A stretch of DNA of 40,305 bases from an uncultured Clostridia bacterium (GTDB taxonomy: Bacteria; CAYTYR01; UBA6262). A model generated the notes under the pieces. It ran no database searches. It had not been told where the DNA came from and saw only the letters and a program-made list of their open reading frames with translations. The position numbers and the translations under genes were made by a program. The stretch spans positions 62,001 through 102,305 of the forward strand of contig CAYTYR010000007.1 in assembly GCA_964441745.1 (NCBI GenBank), written 5' to 3'. Of the stretch, positions 8,723 to 18,400 are shown piece by piece; within the stretch, counting starts at the first letter, position 1, and every line of letters begins with the position of its first letter.

Positions 8723-9967
8723 ATGAATAGAAGAGTTGTCGTTACCGGCGTGGGTTGGCTAACCCCGCTGGGCACCGGTAAAGATGAAGTCTGGCAGGCG
8801 CTTTGTAACGGGGAATCAGGAGTGGGCCTGATCACATCTTTTGATACTACCGGTTTCACGTCCAAGATCGCTGCTGAATTAAAAAATTTTGATCCGCAGC
8901 AATATATGGATAAAAAGGATGCTAAGCGCCTGGATCGTTTTGTGCAGGTGTCGGTAGCTGCTACCGGCTTGGCGCTTAAAGATTCCGGACTGGCGCTGGA
9001 CCAGGAGAACCGCGACCGTATAGGCGTTGTGGTCGGCTCAGGTATCGGTGGTATCCAAACCATTGAAGCGCAGATGAAAAGATATATTGAAGGCGGCCCG
9101 ACCAGGATCAGCCCTTTTCTTATTCCCATGATCATTACTAATATGGCTGGCGGACAGATCTCCATCATGTGGCAGATCAAAGGCCCGAACTTTGCCATAG
9201 TCACAGCGTGTGCCACAGCTTCCCATTGCCTCGGGGAGTCAGCGGAGATCATCAAGCGCGGCGACGCGGATATCATGATCAGCGGCGGCGGGGAAGGATG
9301 CATCAGCCCGCTCGGTTTTGGCGGCTTCTGTTCCATGAAAGCGATGTCTACCCGCAATGATGACCCTAAAAGGGCTTCCCGTCCTTTTGACAAGGACCGG
9401 GATGGCTTTGTCATGGGCGAAGGATCAGGTATTGTCATTCTGGAAGAACTAAGTCATGCCCAGGCCAGAGGAGCTCATATCTATGGGGAAGTAGTCGGCT
9501 ATGCAGCTACGGGCGATGCCTATCATATGAGCGCGCCGGAACCGACCGGTGAAGGCGCCGCCAAAGCAATGAGCCTGGCGATACAGCGGGCAGGATTAAA
9601 ACCTACCGATGTGGACTATATTAATACTCATGGCACCAGTACCCCGCTGGGGGATAAAATAGAGACCCAGGCGATTAAAAAGGTATTTGGTGAACACGCG
9701 TCTAAGATTGCCGTCGGTTCCACTAAATCAATGACCGGGCACTTATTAGGAGCCGCCGGCTCTGTTGAGGCGATCATTTGCCTGCTGGCAATGCAGCATA
9801 AAATCGTACCTCCGACTATAAACCTGGAAAACCCGGACCCTGAGTGTGACCTGGATTATATTCCTAATAAAGCCCGGCCGCTGGCCGTAAAGGTCGCTTT
9901 AAGCAATTCCTTTGGTTTTGGCGGGCATAACGGGGTTCTGATTATGAAGAAATATGAGAAAACCTGA
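8723..9967 (+). CDS. fabF: 3-oxoacyl-ACP synthase II
   Basis: MNRRVVVTG, TACAT, HGTSTPLGD, GHLLGAAG, SNSFGFGGHN; ATG 8723 after GAGG. Confidence 0.97.
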   Translation: MNRRVVVTGVGWLTPLGTGKDEVWQALCNGESGVGLITSFDTTGFTSKIAAELKNFDPQQYMDKKDAKRLDRFVQVSVAATGLALKDSGLALDQENRDRIGVVVGSGIGGIQTIEAQMKRYIEGGPTRISPFLIPMIITNMAGGQISIMWQIKGPNFAIVTACATASHCLGESAEIIKRGDADIMISGGGEGCISPLGFGGFCSMKAMSTRNDDPKRASRPFDKDRDGFVMGEGSGIVILEELSHAQARGAHIYGEVVGYAATGDAYHMSAPEPTGEGAAKAMSLAIQRAGLKPTDVDYINTHGTSTPLGDKIETQAIKKVFGEHASKIAVGSTKSMTGHLLGAAGSVEAIICLLAMQHKIVPPTINLENPDPECDLDYIPNKARPLAVKVALSNSFGFGGHNGVLIMKKYEKT

Positions 9968-10664
9968 AGAGCTGGAAAAATTAATACCAGCGCCATTTAT
10001 TAATAAGGATCTTTTAATTCAGGCCCTTACTCATTCCTCATATGTTCACGAACATCCGGAATTGAGCGCTGATCAAAAGTATTTGCACTTTTTTTCTAAC
10101 GAACGGCTGGAATTTTTAGGGGATAGTATCCTCAATATGGTGGTTTGCCAGTACCTTTTCTTTACCTTGCCTCATTTGGAAGAAGGAGAGCTGGCGAAAC
10201 TGAAGTCTTATATCATTAGCCAGGAAACACTGAACCGCTGGGCAGTATCAATTAACCTGGGTGAATACCTGCTGGTGGGCAAAGGGGAAGAGGTGTCCGG
10301 AGGCAGGAAGAAACCAAGCATTCTTTCTGATGCTTTTGAAGCACTGGTCGGAGCGATGTTCCTGGATACTAATAATGTTAAATCAATTACCGAATTCATT
10401 TTGAAATTCCTGGAAGAAGACAATGTTATCCGCAAGATCAAGCCGACGACGGTAGATTATAAGACTACCTTACAGGAAAAAATGCAAGCGCTTTTCCGCC
10501 GGTTGCCGACATATAAAAATTATAAAGAATCAGGGCCAGACCATAATAAATATTTTACTGTAGATGTATATGTGGAAGACCGGTTATTAGGACATGGTGA
10601 AGGCAGCAGCAAAAAAGAAGCAGAAATGTCCGCAGCTAAGCAAGCTTTAGAAAAGCTTAAATAA
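9954..10664 (+). CDS. rnc: Ribonuclease III
   Basis: ALTHSS, NERLEFLGDS, DAFEALVGA; dsRBD with DYKTTLQE...GPDH...SKKEAE. Confidence 0.97.
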   Translation: MRKPEELEKLIPAPFINKDLLIQALTHSSYVHEHPELSADQKYLHFFSNERLEFLGDSILNMVVCQYLFFTLPHLEEGELAKLKSYIISQETLNRWAVSINLGEYLLVGKGEEVSGGRKKPSILSDAFEALVGAMFLDTNNVKSITEFILKFLEEDNVIRKIKPTTVDYKTTLQEKMQALFRRLPTYKNYKESGPDHNKYFTVDVYVEDRLLGHGEGSSKKEAEMSAAKQALEKLK

Positions 10665-10668
10665 TAAA

Positions 10669-10788
10669 TAGAAGTAGGTTGCTAGTTGTAGAAGTAGGTA
10701 TAGAGGTAAGTCAGAAGTCTATGGTTTAAAACCCAGACCCTTTAACCTCTGACTAAACTTACTTCCACACCCAACAACCTAAGACCTA
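10669..10788. repeat. Long imperfect hairpin, family B
   Basis: G/T-rich arm gttgtagaagtaggtatagaggtaagtc and C/A-rich arm aacctctgactaaacttacttccacacccaac; homologous to 22945-23046. Confidence 0.8.
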
Positions 10789-10805
10789 ATAAACAGGGGG
10801 TAACA

Positions 10806-11963
10806 ATGGATTGTTTTTTAACTGATGAACAAAAGATGATAATTGAGCTGGCGCATAAAGTAGCGGTGGAAAAAATCGCGCCAGTGACTGAAAAATATGA
10901 TGAAAGCGGAGAATTTCCCTGGGATATAGTCAAAGTCTTGAGCGACGCTGACCTATTCGGTTTGTATATTCCCGAAGCCTATGGCGGAATGGGTGGGGGA
11001 GTAATGGAGCTGGTGATAGCTGTTGAAGAGCTATCGCGGATCTGCGGCGGCATTTCCTTATCTTTAGCCGCTACGGCGCTGGGAACATTCCCGATCCTTT
11101 TATTTGGCGCTGAGGAACAGAAGAAGAAATACCTGCCGCCTTTGGCTAAAGGCGCTAAACTGGCTGCCTTCGGACTGACCGAAGCGAATGCCGGCAGTGA
11201 CGCCGGTGGTATCGAAACTACTGCTAAAAAAGATGGTGATTATTATATTCTAAACGGCACCAAGCAATGGATCACTAATGGCGGAGAAGCAGAGACCTAC
11301 ACGGTTATTGCTATGACTGATAAAAAGAAAGGCGCCAGGGGAGCGACGGCGTTTATCCTGGAAAAAGGAATGCCTGGATTTTCCTTTGGCAAGAAAGAAA
11401 ACAAAATGGGCATCAGGGCTTCGGCGACCAGAGAACTGGTCTTCAGTGATTGTAAAGTGCATAAGAGCCAGATCCTGGGCCGGGAAGGAATGGGATTTAT
11501 CGTCGCCATGAAAACGCTGGACCAGTCCCGTCCAGGAGTTGCCGCGCAGGCGCTGGGAATAGCGCAAGGGGCTTTTGACAAAGCTATTGAATATGCCCGT
11601 CAAAGGGTACAATTCGGCAAGCCGATCATCTCTTTCCAGGCAGTAAGCCATATGCTGGCGGACATGGCCACCCAAACTGAAGCAGCGCGGGCGCTGGTTT
11701 ATGAATGTTCACGCCTGATCGATTCCGGAGCTAAGGATGTCTCTAAACTATCAGCCATGGCGAAGGTTTTTGCCAGCGATGTGGCGATGAAGGTGACTGT
11801 TGATGCGGTACAGGTATTTGGCGGTTATGGCTATATGAAAGAATACCCGGTAGAAAAAATGATGCGCGATGCCAAGATTACCCAGATCTATGAAGGGACC
11901 AATCAGATCCAGAGGAATGTTATTGCCCAGGAATTAATCAAAGAGGCGGCAAGTAAGAAATAG
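10806..11963 (+). CDS. Acyl-CoA dehydrogenase (butyryl-CoA dehydrogenase-like)
   Basis: FGLTEANAGSDA, NGTKQWITNG, KMGIRAS, RVQFGKPI, GGYGYMKEYPVE, IYEGTNQIQR. Confidence 0.95.
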   Translation: MDCFLTDEQKMIIELAHKVAVEKIAPVTEKYDESGEFPWDIVKVLSDADLFGLYIPEAYGGMGGGVMELVIAVEELSRICGGISLSLAATALGTFPILLFGAEEQKKKYLPPLAKGAKLAAFGLTEANAGSDAGGIETTAKKDGDYYILNGTKQWITNGGEAETYTVIAMTDKKKGARGATAFILEKGMPGFSFGKKENKMGIRASATRELVFSDCKVHKSQILGREGMGFIVAMKTLDQSRPGVAAQALGIAQGAFDKAIEYARQRVQFGKPIISFQAVSHMLADMATQTEAARALVYECSRLIDSGAKDVSKLSAMAKVFASDVAMKVTVDAVQVFGGYGYMKEYPVEKMMRDAKITQIYEGTNQIQRNVIAQELIKEAASKK

Positions 11964-12000
11964 ACCTTATCTGGCTTAAGCTCACATCAGGACCATTAGG

Positions 12001-12028
12001 TCTATACTGAGCAGAGTCGAAGTATAGA
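12001..12028. repeat. Short REP-like palindrome
   Basis: TCTATACT-gagcagagtcga-AGTATAGA, directly before the RBS of the HD-GYP gene. Confidence 0.6.
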
Positions 12029-12038
12029 GGAGCTTTAC

Positions 12039-13307
12039 TTGCTCAACAACATCGAAAATCTACATGACAAACTGATCCGGGACATTTATGCCCGCTTTGT
12101 GATCTTTGCTTTTGGCTTTTTTAGTATCCTGATCCAGAAGGTACTGGGACTGCCTTCAAAAATAAGTTTTATATATATCATCCTTATTGCCATTGTTTTG
12201 ATAAACCTGTTAATATATTTCCTGGTAAGAAAGAACCGCGTTAGCTATATATCCGAGTATTTTGTTTCACTGGCTGATTTTATACTGATCAACTACGCTG
12301 TTTGGTCCAGTGGTGGTTTGGAGAGCAGGCTCTGGTTCATTTTTATAATCGTTATTTTAATTGAAAGCCTTTCCCTGAACCGCACACATCTGCTTTTTAA
12401 TCTGATTCTTGCCTTTGTCACGTATCCGACAATCATCTATTTTTATCAACAGGGTGTTTTTGTGCCGCAAGAACTGAATTTGCTGATCAGCCGTATGTTT
12501 TATATGGCCCTGGTCGGCTTTATCAGCATGATGTATATTAAAAAGATCATTTTGCAGCAATCAGTTACGGAGAAACTGAATAAGGATAATATCCATCTTA
12601 ATACGAAATTGGAAGAATTCAGCCAGGTATTAAGCGATGAAGTATATAAAGCCACGGATGACTTAAAAGACAAGATGCGGGAAATCGAGCGTCTTTATAA
12701 GAAATTCAGGAACCTGTTCATTGATTTTGCCAGGGCCCTGAGCGCTGCGGTTGACGCCCGTGATCCTTATACCCATGGGCATAGTGAACGGGTCACTAAG
12801 ATCACATTCACGATTATGGAAGAATTACAGCAATTCTATGGCGAGATGGATATCAGCGAGGAAGTCAAAGAAACACTATTGATAGCAGCATTATTGCATG
12901 ATATCGGGAAACTGTCTCTGCCTGATACTATTTTGCAAAAACCTGGCCCGCTGTCTCCGGAGGAATGGGTAGTAATGAGAAAGCACCCGGTCATCGGCCA
13001 GAATATTATCAAGCCGATTGAAGATCTCAGGGCAGCCGGCACGATCATCAGGAGCCACCATGAACGGTTTGACGGCAAAGGATATCCGGATAACCTCTCT
13101 GGTGATGATATACCGTTTTTAGGCAGGGTTATTTGCGTAGCTGATAGTTTTGATGCCATGACCAGCGACCGGCCATATCGGCCCAGAATGAAAACAGAGG
13201 AAGCTGTGGCCGAAGTCAAACGCTGCGAAAATGCCCAGTTTGATCCGGCGGTAGTTAAAGCATTCTTAGCCGCGTATAAAAAGGGAACTTTGTTTGTAAT
13301 TGATTAA
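12039..13307 (+). CDS. Multi-pass membrane HD-GYP phosphodiesterase
   Basis: About 5-6 hydrophobic N-terminal segments, a coiled coil, then ARDPYTHGHSERV, LLHDIGK, HHERFDGKGYP, DAMTSDRPYR. Confidence 0.9.
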   Translation: MLNNIENLHDKLIRDIYARFVIFAFGFFSILIQKVLGLPSKISFIYIILIAIVLINLLIYFLVRKNRVSYISEYFVSLADFILINYAVWSSGGLESRLWFIFIIVILIESLSLNRTHLLFNLILAFVTYPTIIYFYQQGVFVPQELNLLISRMFYMALVGFISMMYIKKIILQQSVTEKLNKDNIHLNTKLEEFSQVLSDEVYKATDDLKDKMREIERLYKKFRNLFIDFARALSAAVDARDPYTHGHSERVTKITFTIMEELQQFYGEMDISEEVKETLLIAALLHDIGKLSLPDTILQKPGPLSPEEWVVMRKHPVIGQNIIKPIEDLRAAGTIIRSHHERFDGKGYPDNLSGDDIPFLGRVICVADSFDAMTSDRPYRPRMKTEEAVAEVKRCENAQFDPAVVKAFLAAYKKGTLFVID

Positions 13308-13310
13308 AAA

Positions 13311-13384
13311 TAGCGTAAAGCGTATAGCGTAGAGCGGATAGAAGAGCAATAATCTATACGCTACCCGCTACCTGCTATTCGCTG
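13311..13384. repeat. Heptamer tandem-repeat hairpin, family A
   Basis: tagcgta-aagcgta-tagcgta-gagcgga-tag, loop, cta-tacgcta-cccgcta-cctgcta-ttcgctg. Confidence 0.85.
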
Positions 13385-13403
13385 TATCGGAGGAAAGTTT
13401 AGC

Positions 13404-14189
13404 ATGAACATTATTGTTTGTATCAAGCAAGTGCCAGGGACAACTGATGTTAAGATCAGTGAAAAGACCAACACCCTGGTCAGGGAAGGCGTAGAAAGTA
13501 TTATCAATCCATTTGATGTGTACGCGATCGAAGAAGCCATCAGGATAAAAGAAAAAATTGGCGGCAAAGTCACGATCTTGAGTATGGGGCCGCCGCAAGC
13601 CAAAGAAGCGATCAAAGAAGCCATTGCCATGGGCGCAGATGATGGCATCTTATTGAGCGACCGGGCTTTTGCCGGCAGTGATACCTGGGCTACCGGGTAT
13701 GCGTTATCTATGGGTATTAAAAAGATCAGCGCTTATGACTTGATCATTTGCGGTAAACAGGCTATTGACGGTGACACGGCGCAGGTTGGACCTGGTGTCG
13801 CTGAATCATTAGGCCTGCCTTTTATCGCTTATGTCCGGAAAATAGAAGAGATCAGGGACGGCTATATCCGCTGCGAAAGAATGATGGAAGAAGGATATGA
13901 GGTGATCGAGATGTCCCTGCCGGCGCTGGTCACCGTAGTGAAAGAAATAAATGAACCGAGACTGCCAAGCTTGAAAGGCATGATGCGGGCAAAAAAAGCG
14001 GAAATCACTACCTGGACAGCACAGGATCTGAATGCTGAGCCTGCTAATATTGGCTTAACCGGTTCGCCGACCCAAGTTGTAAAAATATTTTCACCTCCGG
14101 CGCGGCCAGGAGGAGAAATGATCCTCGGCGAAATCAGCGAACAAGCAGAAAAACTGGTAGCCAGGCTGAGAGAACTGAAGATAGTTTAA
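13404..14189 (+). CDS. etfB: Electron transfer flavoprotein beta subunit
   Basis: CIKQVP, INPFD, SMGPPQA, DRAFAGSDT, GKQAIDGDTAQVGP. Confidence 0.96.
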   Translation: MNIIVCIKQVPGTTDVKISEKTNTLVREGVESIINPFDVYAIEEAIRIKEKIGGKVTILSMGPPQAKEAIKEAIAMGADDGILLSDRAFAGSDTWATGYALSMGIKKISAYDLIICGKQAIDGDTAQVGPGVAESLGLPFIAYVRKIEEIRDGYIRCERMMEEGYEVIEMSLPALVTVVKEINEPRLPSLKGMMRAKKAEITTWTAQDLNAEPANIGLTGSPTQVVKIFSPPARPGGEMILGEISEQAEKLVARLRELKIV

Positions 14190-14191
14190 GT

Positions 14192-14222
14192 TAGCGTATA
14201 GCGTATAGCGGATAGCGTTTAG
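14192..14222. repeat. Family A left arm only
   Basis: tagcgta-tagcgta-tagcgga-tagcgtt-tag; no complementary arm before etfA. Confidence 0.8.
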
Positions 14223-14253
14223 TATATATTATAAAGGAGTTTAATAAAAAGAC

Positions 14254-15453
14254 ATGTCCATCAGGGTAATTAAAGAAAAATGCATCGGTTGCAAACTTTG
14301 TCTTAAAAGCTGTCCATTCGGGATCATTACAGTCGATAATAAGCTGGCCGTCATTGGTGACGGCTGCAATTTATGCGGCGCTTGTGTGCCGGCCTGTAAA
14401 TTCCAGGCCATAGTTATTGAAAAAGAGCAAAAAGCCACTAAAGATTATTCTGGCTATCGGGGAATTTGGGTCTTTGCAGAGCAAAGAAAGGGCAAAATAG
14501 AAGGCGTAGCTTATGAGTTACTGGGCGAAGGACGCAAATTAGCCGATAAGCTGCAGGTACCACTGAGCGCGGTCCTGATCGGTGATAAAGTGACAGAACA
14601 AGCCAAGGAACTGATTGCACATGGCGCGGATAAGGTTTATGTTTACGATGACCCGATCCTAAGTAATTTTCAGGATGATTCCTATGGCGAGGTTTTTATT
14701 AAGCTGGTGGAGGAAGAAAAGCCTGAAATTATCCTGATCGGCGCCACTTCTGTTGGACGGTCATTAGCTCCTAAAATCGCTTATCGCATCAGAACCGGAT
14801 TGACGGCTGACTGTACTGGCCTGGAAGTTGACCAGCTCAGCCGGAACCTGATGCAAACCCGTCCGGCGTTTGGCGGGAATATTATGGCGACGATCATCTG
14901 TCCTAATTACCGGCCGCAAATAGCGACGGTGCGGCATAAGGTCATGAAAAAAGCCGCGCGCGACGCCAGTCATCAAGGCGAGATTATCCAGAAAACATTT
15001 GATTTTAAAGCTATTAATATAAAAACCAAAGTGCTCAATATTGTTGAAGAGGTAGCTAAGACCATTAATATTGCTGAAGCTGATATCATCGTTTCCGGCG
15101 GCCGGGGACTGGGCGCACCGGAAAACTTCAAGTTGGTTGAAGAATTAGCCCAGGTACTGGGAGGCGCAGTCGGATCAAGCCGGGCGGCAGTGGACGCTGG
15201 CTGGAGGCCATATTCCCACCAGGTCGGCCAAACCGGCCGCACGGTCTGTCCTAAATTGTATATCGCCTGCGGCATCAGCGGGGCCATTCAGCATTTAGTA
15301 GGAATGCAATCTTCAGATGTCATTATTGCTATTAATAAAGATCCCCAGGCGCCAATTTTCAAGGTTGCTACCTTTGGCATAGAAGGAGATGTACTGCAAG
15401 TACTACCGGCATTAACCAAGCAATTTAAAAAAGTTCTCGGAGGGGACTATTAA
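14254..15453 (+). CDS. etfA: Electron transfer flavoprotein alpha subunit with N-terminal 2x[4Fe-4S] ferredoxin domain
   Basis: CIGCKLCLKSCP and CNLCGACVPAC, then GLTADC, RPAFGGN, SGGRG, QVGQTG, GISGAIQH. Confidence 0.95.
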   Translation: MSIRVIKEKCIGCKLCLKSCPFGIITVDNKLAVIGDGCNLCGACVPACKFQAIVIEKEQKATKDYSGYRGIWVFAEQRKGKIEGVAYELLGEGRKLADKLQVPLSAVLIGDKVTEQAKELIAHGADKVYVYDDPILSNFQDDSYGEVFIKLVEEEKPEIILIGATSVGRSLAPKIAYRIRTGLTADCTGLEVDQLSRNLMQTRPAFGGNIMATIICPNYRPQIATVRHKVMKKAARDASHQGEIIQKTFDFKAINIKTKVLNIVEEVAKTINIAEADIIVSGGRGLGAPENFKLVEELAQVLGGAVGSSRAAVDAGWRPYSHQVGQTGRTVCPKLYIACGISGAIQHLVGMQSSDVIIAINKDPQAPIFKVATFGIEGDVLQVLPALTKQFKKVLGGDY

Positions 15454-18400
15454 ATGTATTTTAAGAAGATGGAATTGTTTGGCTTCAAAAGTTTTGCCGA
15501 AAAAACCGAATTAGTGCTGGAACCCGGGGTAACCGCAGTGGTCGGGCCAAATGGCTGCGGCAAGACCAATATTTCCGATGCCATACGCTGGGTTTTGGGA
15601 GAACAGAGCGCCAAGCAATTGCGCGGCGGAAAAATGGAAGATGTGATCTTTAATGGATCACGGACCAGGCAGCCCATGGGCCTGGCTGAAGTTTCCCTGA
15701 CCATGGATAATTCCCAGAATGTCCTGCCTGTTGACTACAGTGAAATCACTGTTACCCGCCGGCTTTTCCGCAGCGGTGAAAGTGAATACCTCTTGAATAG
15801 GGTCCCATGCAGGCATAAAGATATAATTGAGCTGTTTATGGATACCGGGGTGGGAACAGAAGCGTATTCATCGTTGGAAAATAAACAAATTGAAATGATC
15901 CTTAATTCCAAACCAGAAGACCGGCGTTTCCTGTTTGAAGAAGCAGCTGGCGTAATGAAATATAAAGTCCGCAAGAATGAAGCTTTACACAAGATGGAAC
16001 AGACGGCCCAGAACTTGTTACGACTAGGCGATGTCATAAGCGAAGTAAAATCACGCATCAGTTCCCTGGATTACCAGGCCCGTAAGGCCCGGCAATTCCA
16101 AAAATACCAGGAAGAGCTTAAAACCCTGGAATTGAACAGCCTTTATCATTCCTGGCAGATCTTAAAACAGGAGGCGGTCGGATTGGAAACACAGGAACTG
16201 CAATTTACCCAGGGTGCCGAAAAAATCAATACGGAAATAGCTGCCTGTGACAGCAAAGTGGCGGAAATAAAGCTGGCGTTAACATCGCTGGATGAGCAGA
16301 TCGTCACCGCCCAGCAAAAAGCTTTTGGTATTGATTCCCAAATTGCCCGCCTGGAAGACAAGATATACGGTTCACAGGAAAGAAGGAAGGAATTAGGGCA
16401 AAGATTGGTGGAACTTTCCCAGGAAAAATGGGAGCTGGAAGAAAAATGTACTAATCTTGGCAATGAACAGAAAAAAATAGGCCAGGAAAAAGAAGACTTG
16501 GCTATTAAATTACAGGAGATGGAAAGATCTTTCCAGGAACAAGATGCCCTGTATAATAGTAACCGCCAGTCATTGAATGAACAAATTAAAGGCCTGGATG
16601 ACGAAAAAGCCGGATATATCGATTTGTTAAATAAAGTTGCCCAGATCAGAAATACGCTGACCAGCATTAACAGTGAACAAAAGAATGCCCAGGGTTTGAA
16701 GGATAAACTCAATCTGCAGATAGTGACTATTAACTCGCAGGTAAATGATCTTAACCAGTCAACAAAGGAATTAACGGCTAAATGTCAAGAGTATACTAAT
16801 TCCTATTGCCAGCTGGTTGAAGAAAATAAGACCTTGGAAGCAACTAAACAAACTCAGCAGGAAAGTTTAGCTGTGCTGGACCAGAAATATGAAGAAACCA
16901 GGAATGAATTTAACCTGAGAAACTCTTTGCTGGCTTCACTGATCGAACTGAAAGAAAGTTTTGCCGGATATGAGGATGGAGTAAAACAGATCCTGGCGCA
17001 GCGTCCAGCCGGTGTTCTGGGATCTATACCTGAGATCATCCAAATCACCAATGAAGAATATGCGCCGTTAATAGAAATGGCCCTGGCCGAGAAACTGCAA
17101 TATGTATTATGTGAAAATAGCCAGGTCGCGGCAGAAGTGATTGCGTCAGCCAGGTCCGGGGAATCGACCAGGATCACCGCGGTGGATTTGGCAAATTTCG
17201 AGTCAGCTTATGGACGTTCAGGAGCGCAACCGGTACCGGGACAAGAAGGCGTAGTGGACCGGGCCAGCAACCTGGTAAAAGTTGCCGATCGCTATACGCC
17301 ATTGATTGAAAATCTCTTAGGGAATACTTATATCGTACAAGACCTGGAAACAGCCAGGAACCTGATGAGAAAATATAATTCCATTAAAGTGATAACCACA
17401 AAGGGTGAGCTTTTTACTCATCCTTCGATCATCAGCGTGGGAGGCAAAAATTCGAGCGGTTTGCTTGAACGGGAGATCAGGATCAAACATTTACAGGAAG
17501 AGAAATCTCAGCTGGAGACTGCGGTCCAGGGATTATCCGGTGAAAAAGGAATTTTAGCCGGTAATCTGGCTGGTACAGAATCCAGGCTCAAAACACTGGC
17601 CGGGGAAATACAAGACAAATTGCTTGCTCTGGGTGCCTTGCAGAAAGATAATGAGCAAGCTAACCAACGCCTGAAAGAGTTACAACAGGAGTTAGTCCTA
17701 TTACAGACAGAAGAAAGTGACCTGGCTAAGCGCCTGATAGAACATAATCAATTAATGGAAAAAGTGAACCACGAATATCAGCTTAGCGAGGAAGAAGAAA
17801 AACAGGCCAAGATCAGGTTAGTTGACCGCGAGCAGGGATTATCTACCTTGAACCAGCAAACAGCAAAACTGCAGAGCGATCTAACTACCTTAAAAGTTGA
17901 CCTGGCCGCCAGTAAAGAGAAGAGCGATAATCTACTGGTATTGATCGGCCGTTTCAGTGAAAATGAAAAAGACCTGAAAATTGAAATTGAAAAAACAAAA
18001 GCAGAGCATGCGGCTATTGAAAAACAAATATCTGAGCTTGATCAGACCAAGACCGAAGTAGAAGAGAATATTACCAAAATGCTGCTGGATAAAAAGGAAG
18101 CAGACCAGGTCCTGGAAAATATACGGTTACAGAAACAGGATATGATCATCGGCCTGCGGGCGCAGGAAGCGAAGATCGATACCTGGAAGCAGGAAACAGA
18201 AATTTTGCAGCATAAACAACATGAACAGGAAATCAAGCGGGTTCATCTTGATACCCAGCGTGAACAGATCAGCAAAGCGCTGACCGAAAAATATAATATT
18301 GATGTTGAAAACATCATTATTCCTGAGGATTTGCCGGCGCCGGATGAGGAAGAGATCATTAAAACCCGCAAAAAAATCGATTCTCTTGGCCCGGTTAATT

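Noticed and set aside
8695-9438. 247-aa antisense ORF and other minus-strand ORFs inside housekeeping genes
   Set aside because: Shadow frames of well-supported plus-strand genes, with no recognisable motifs
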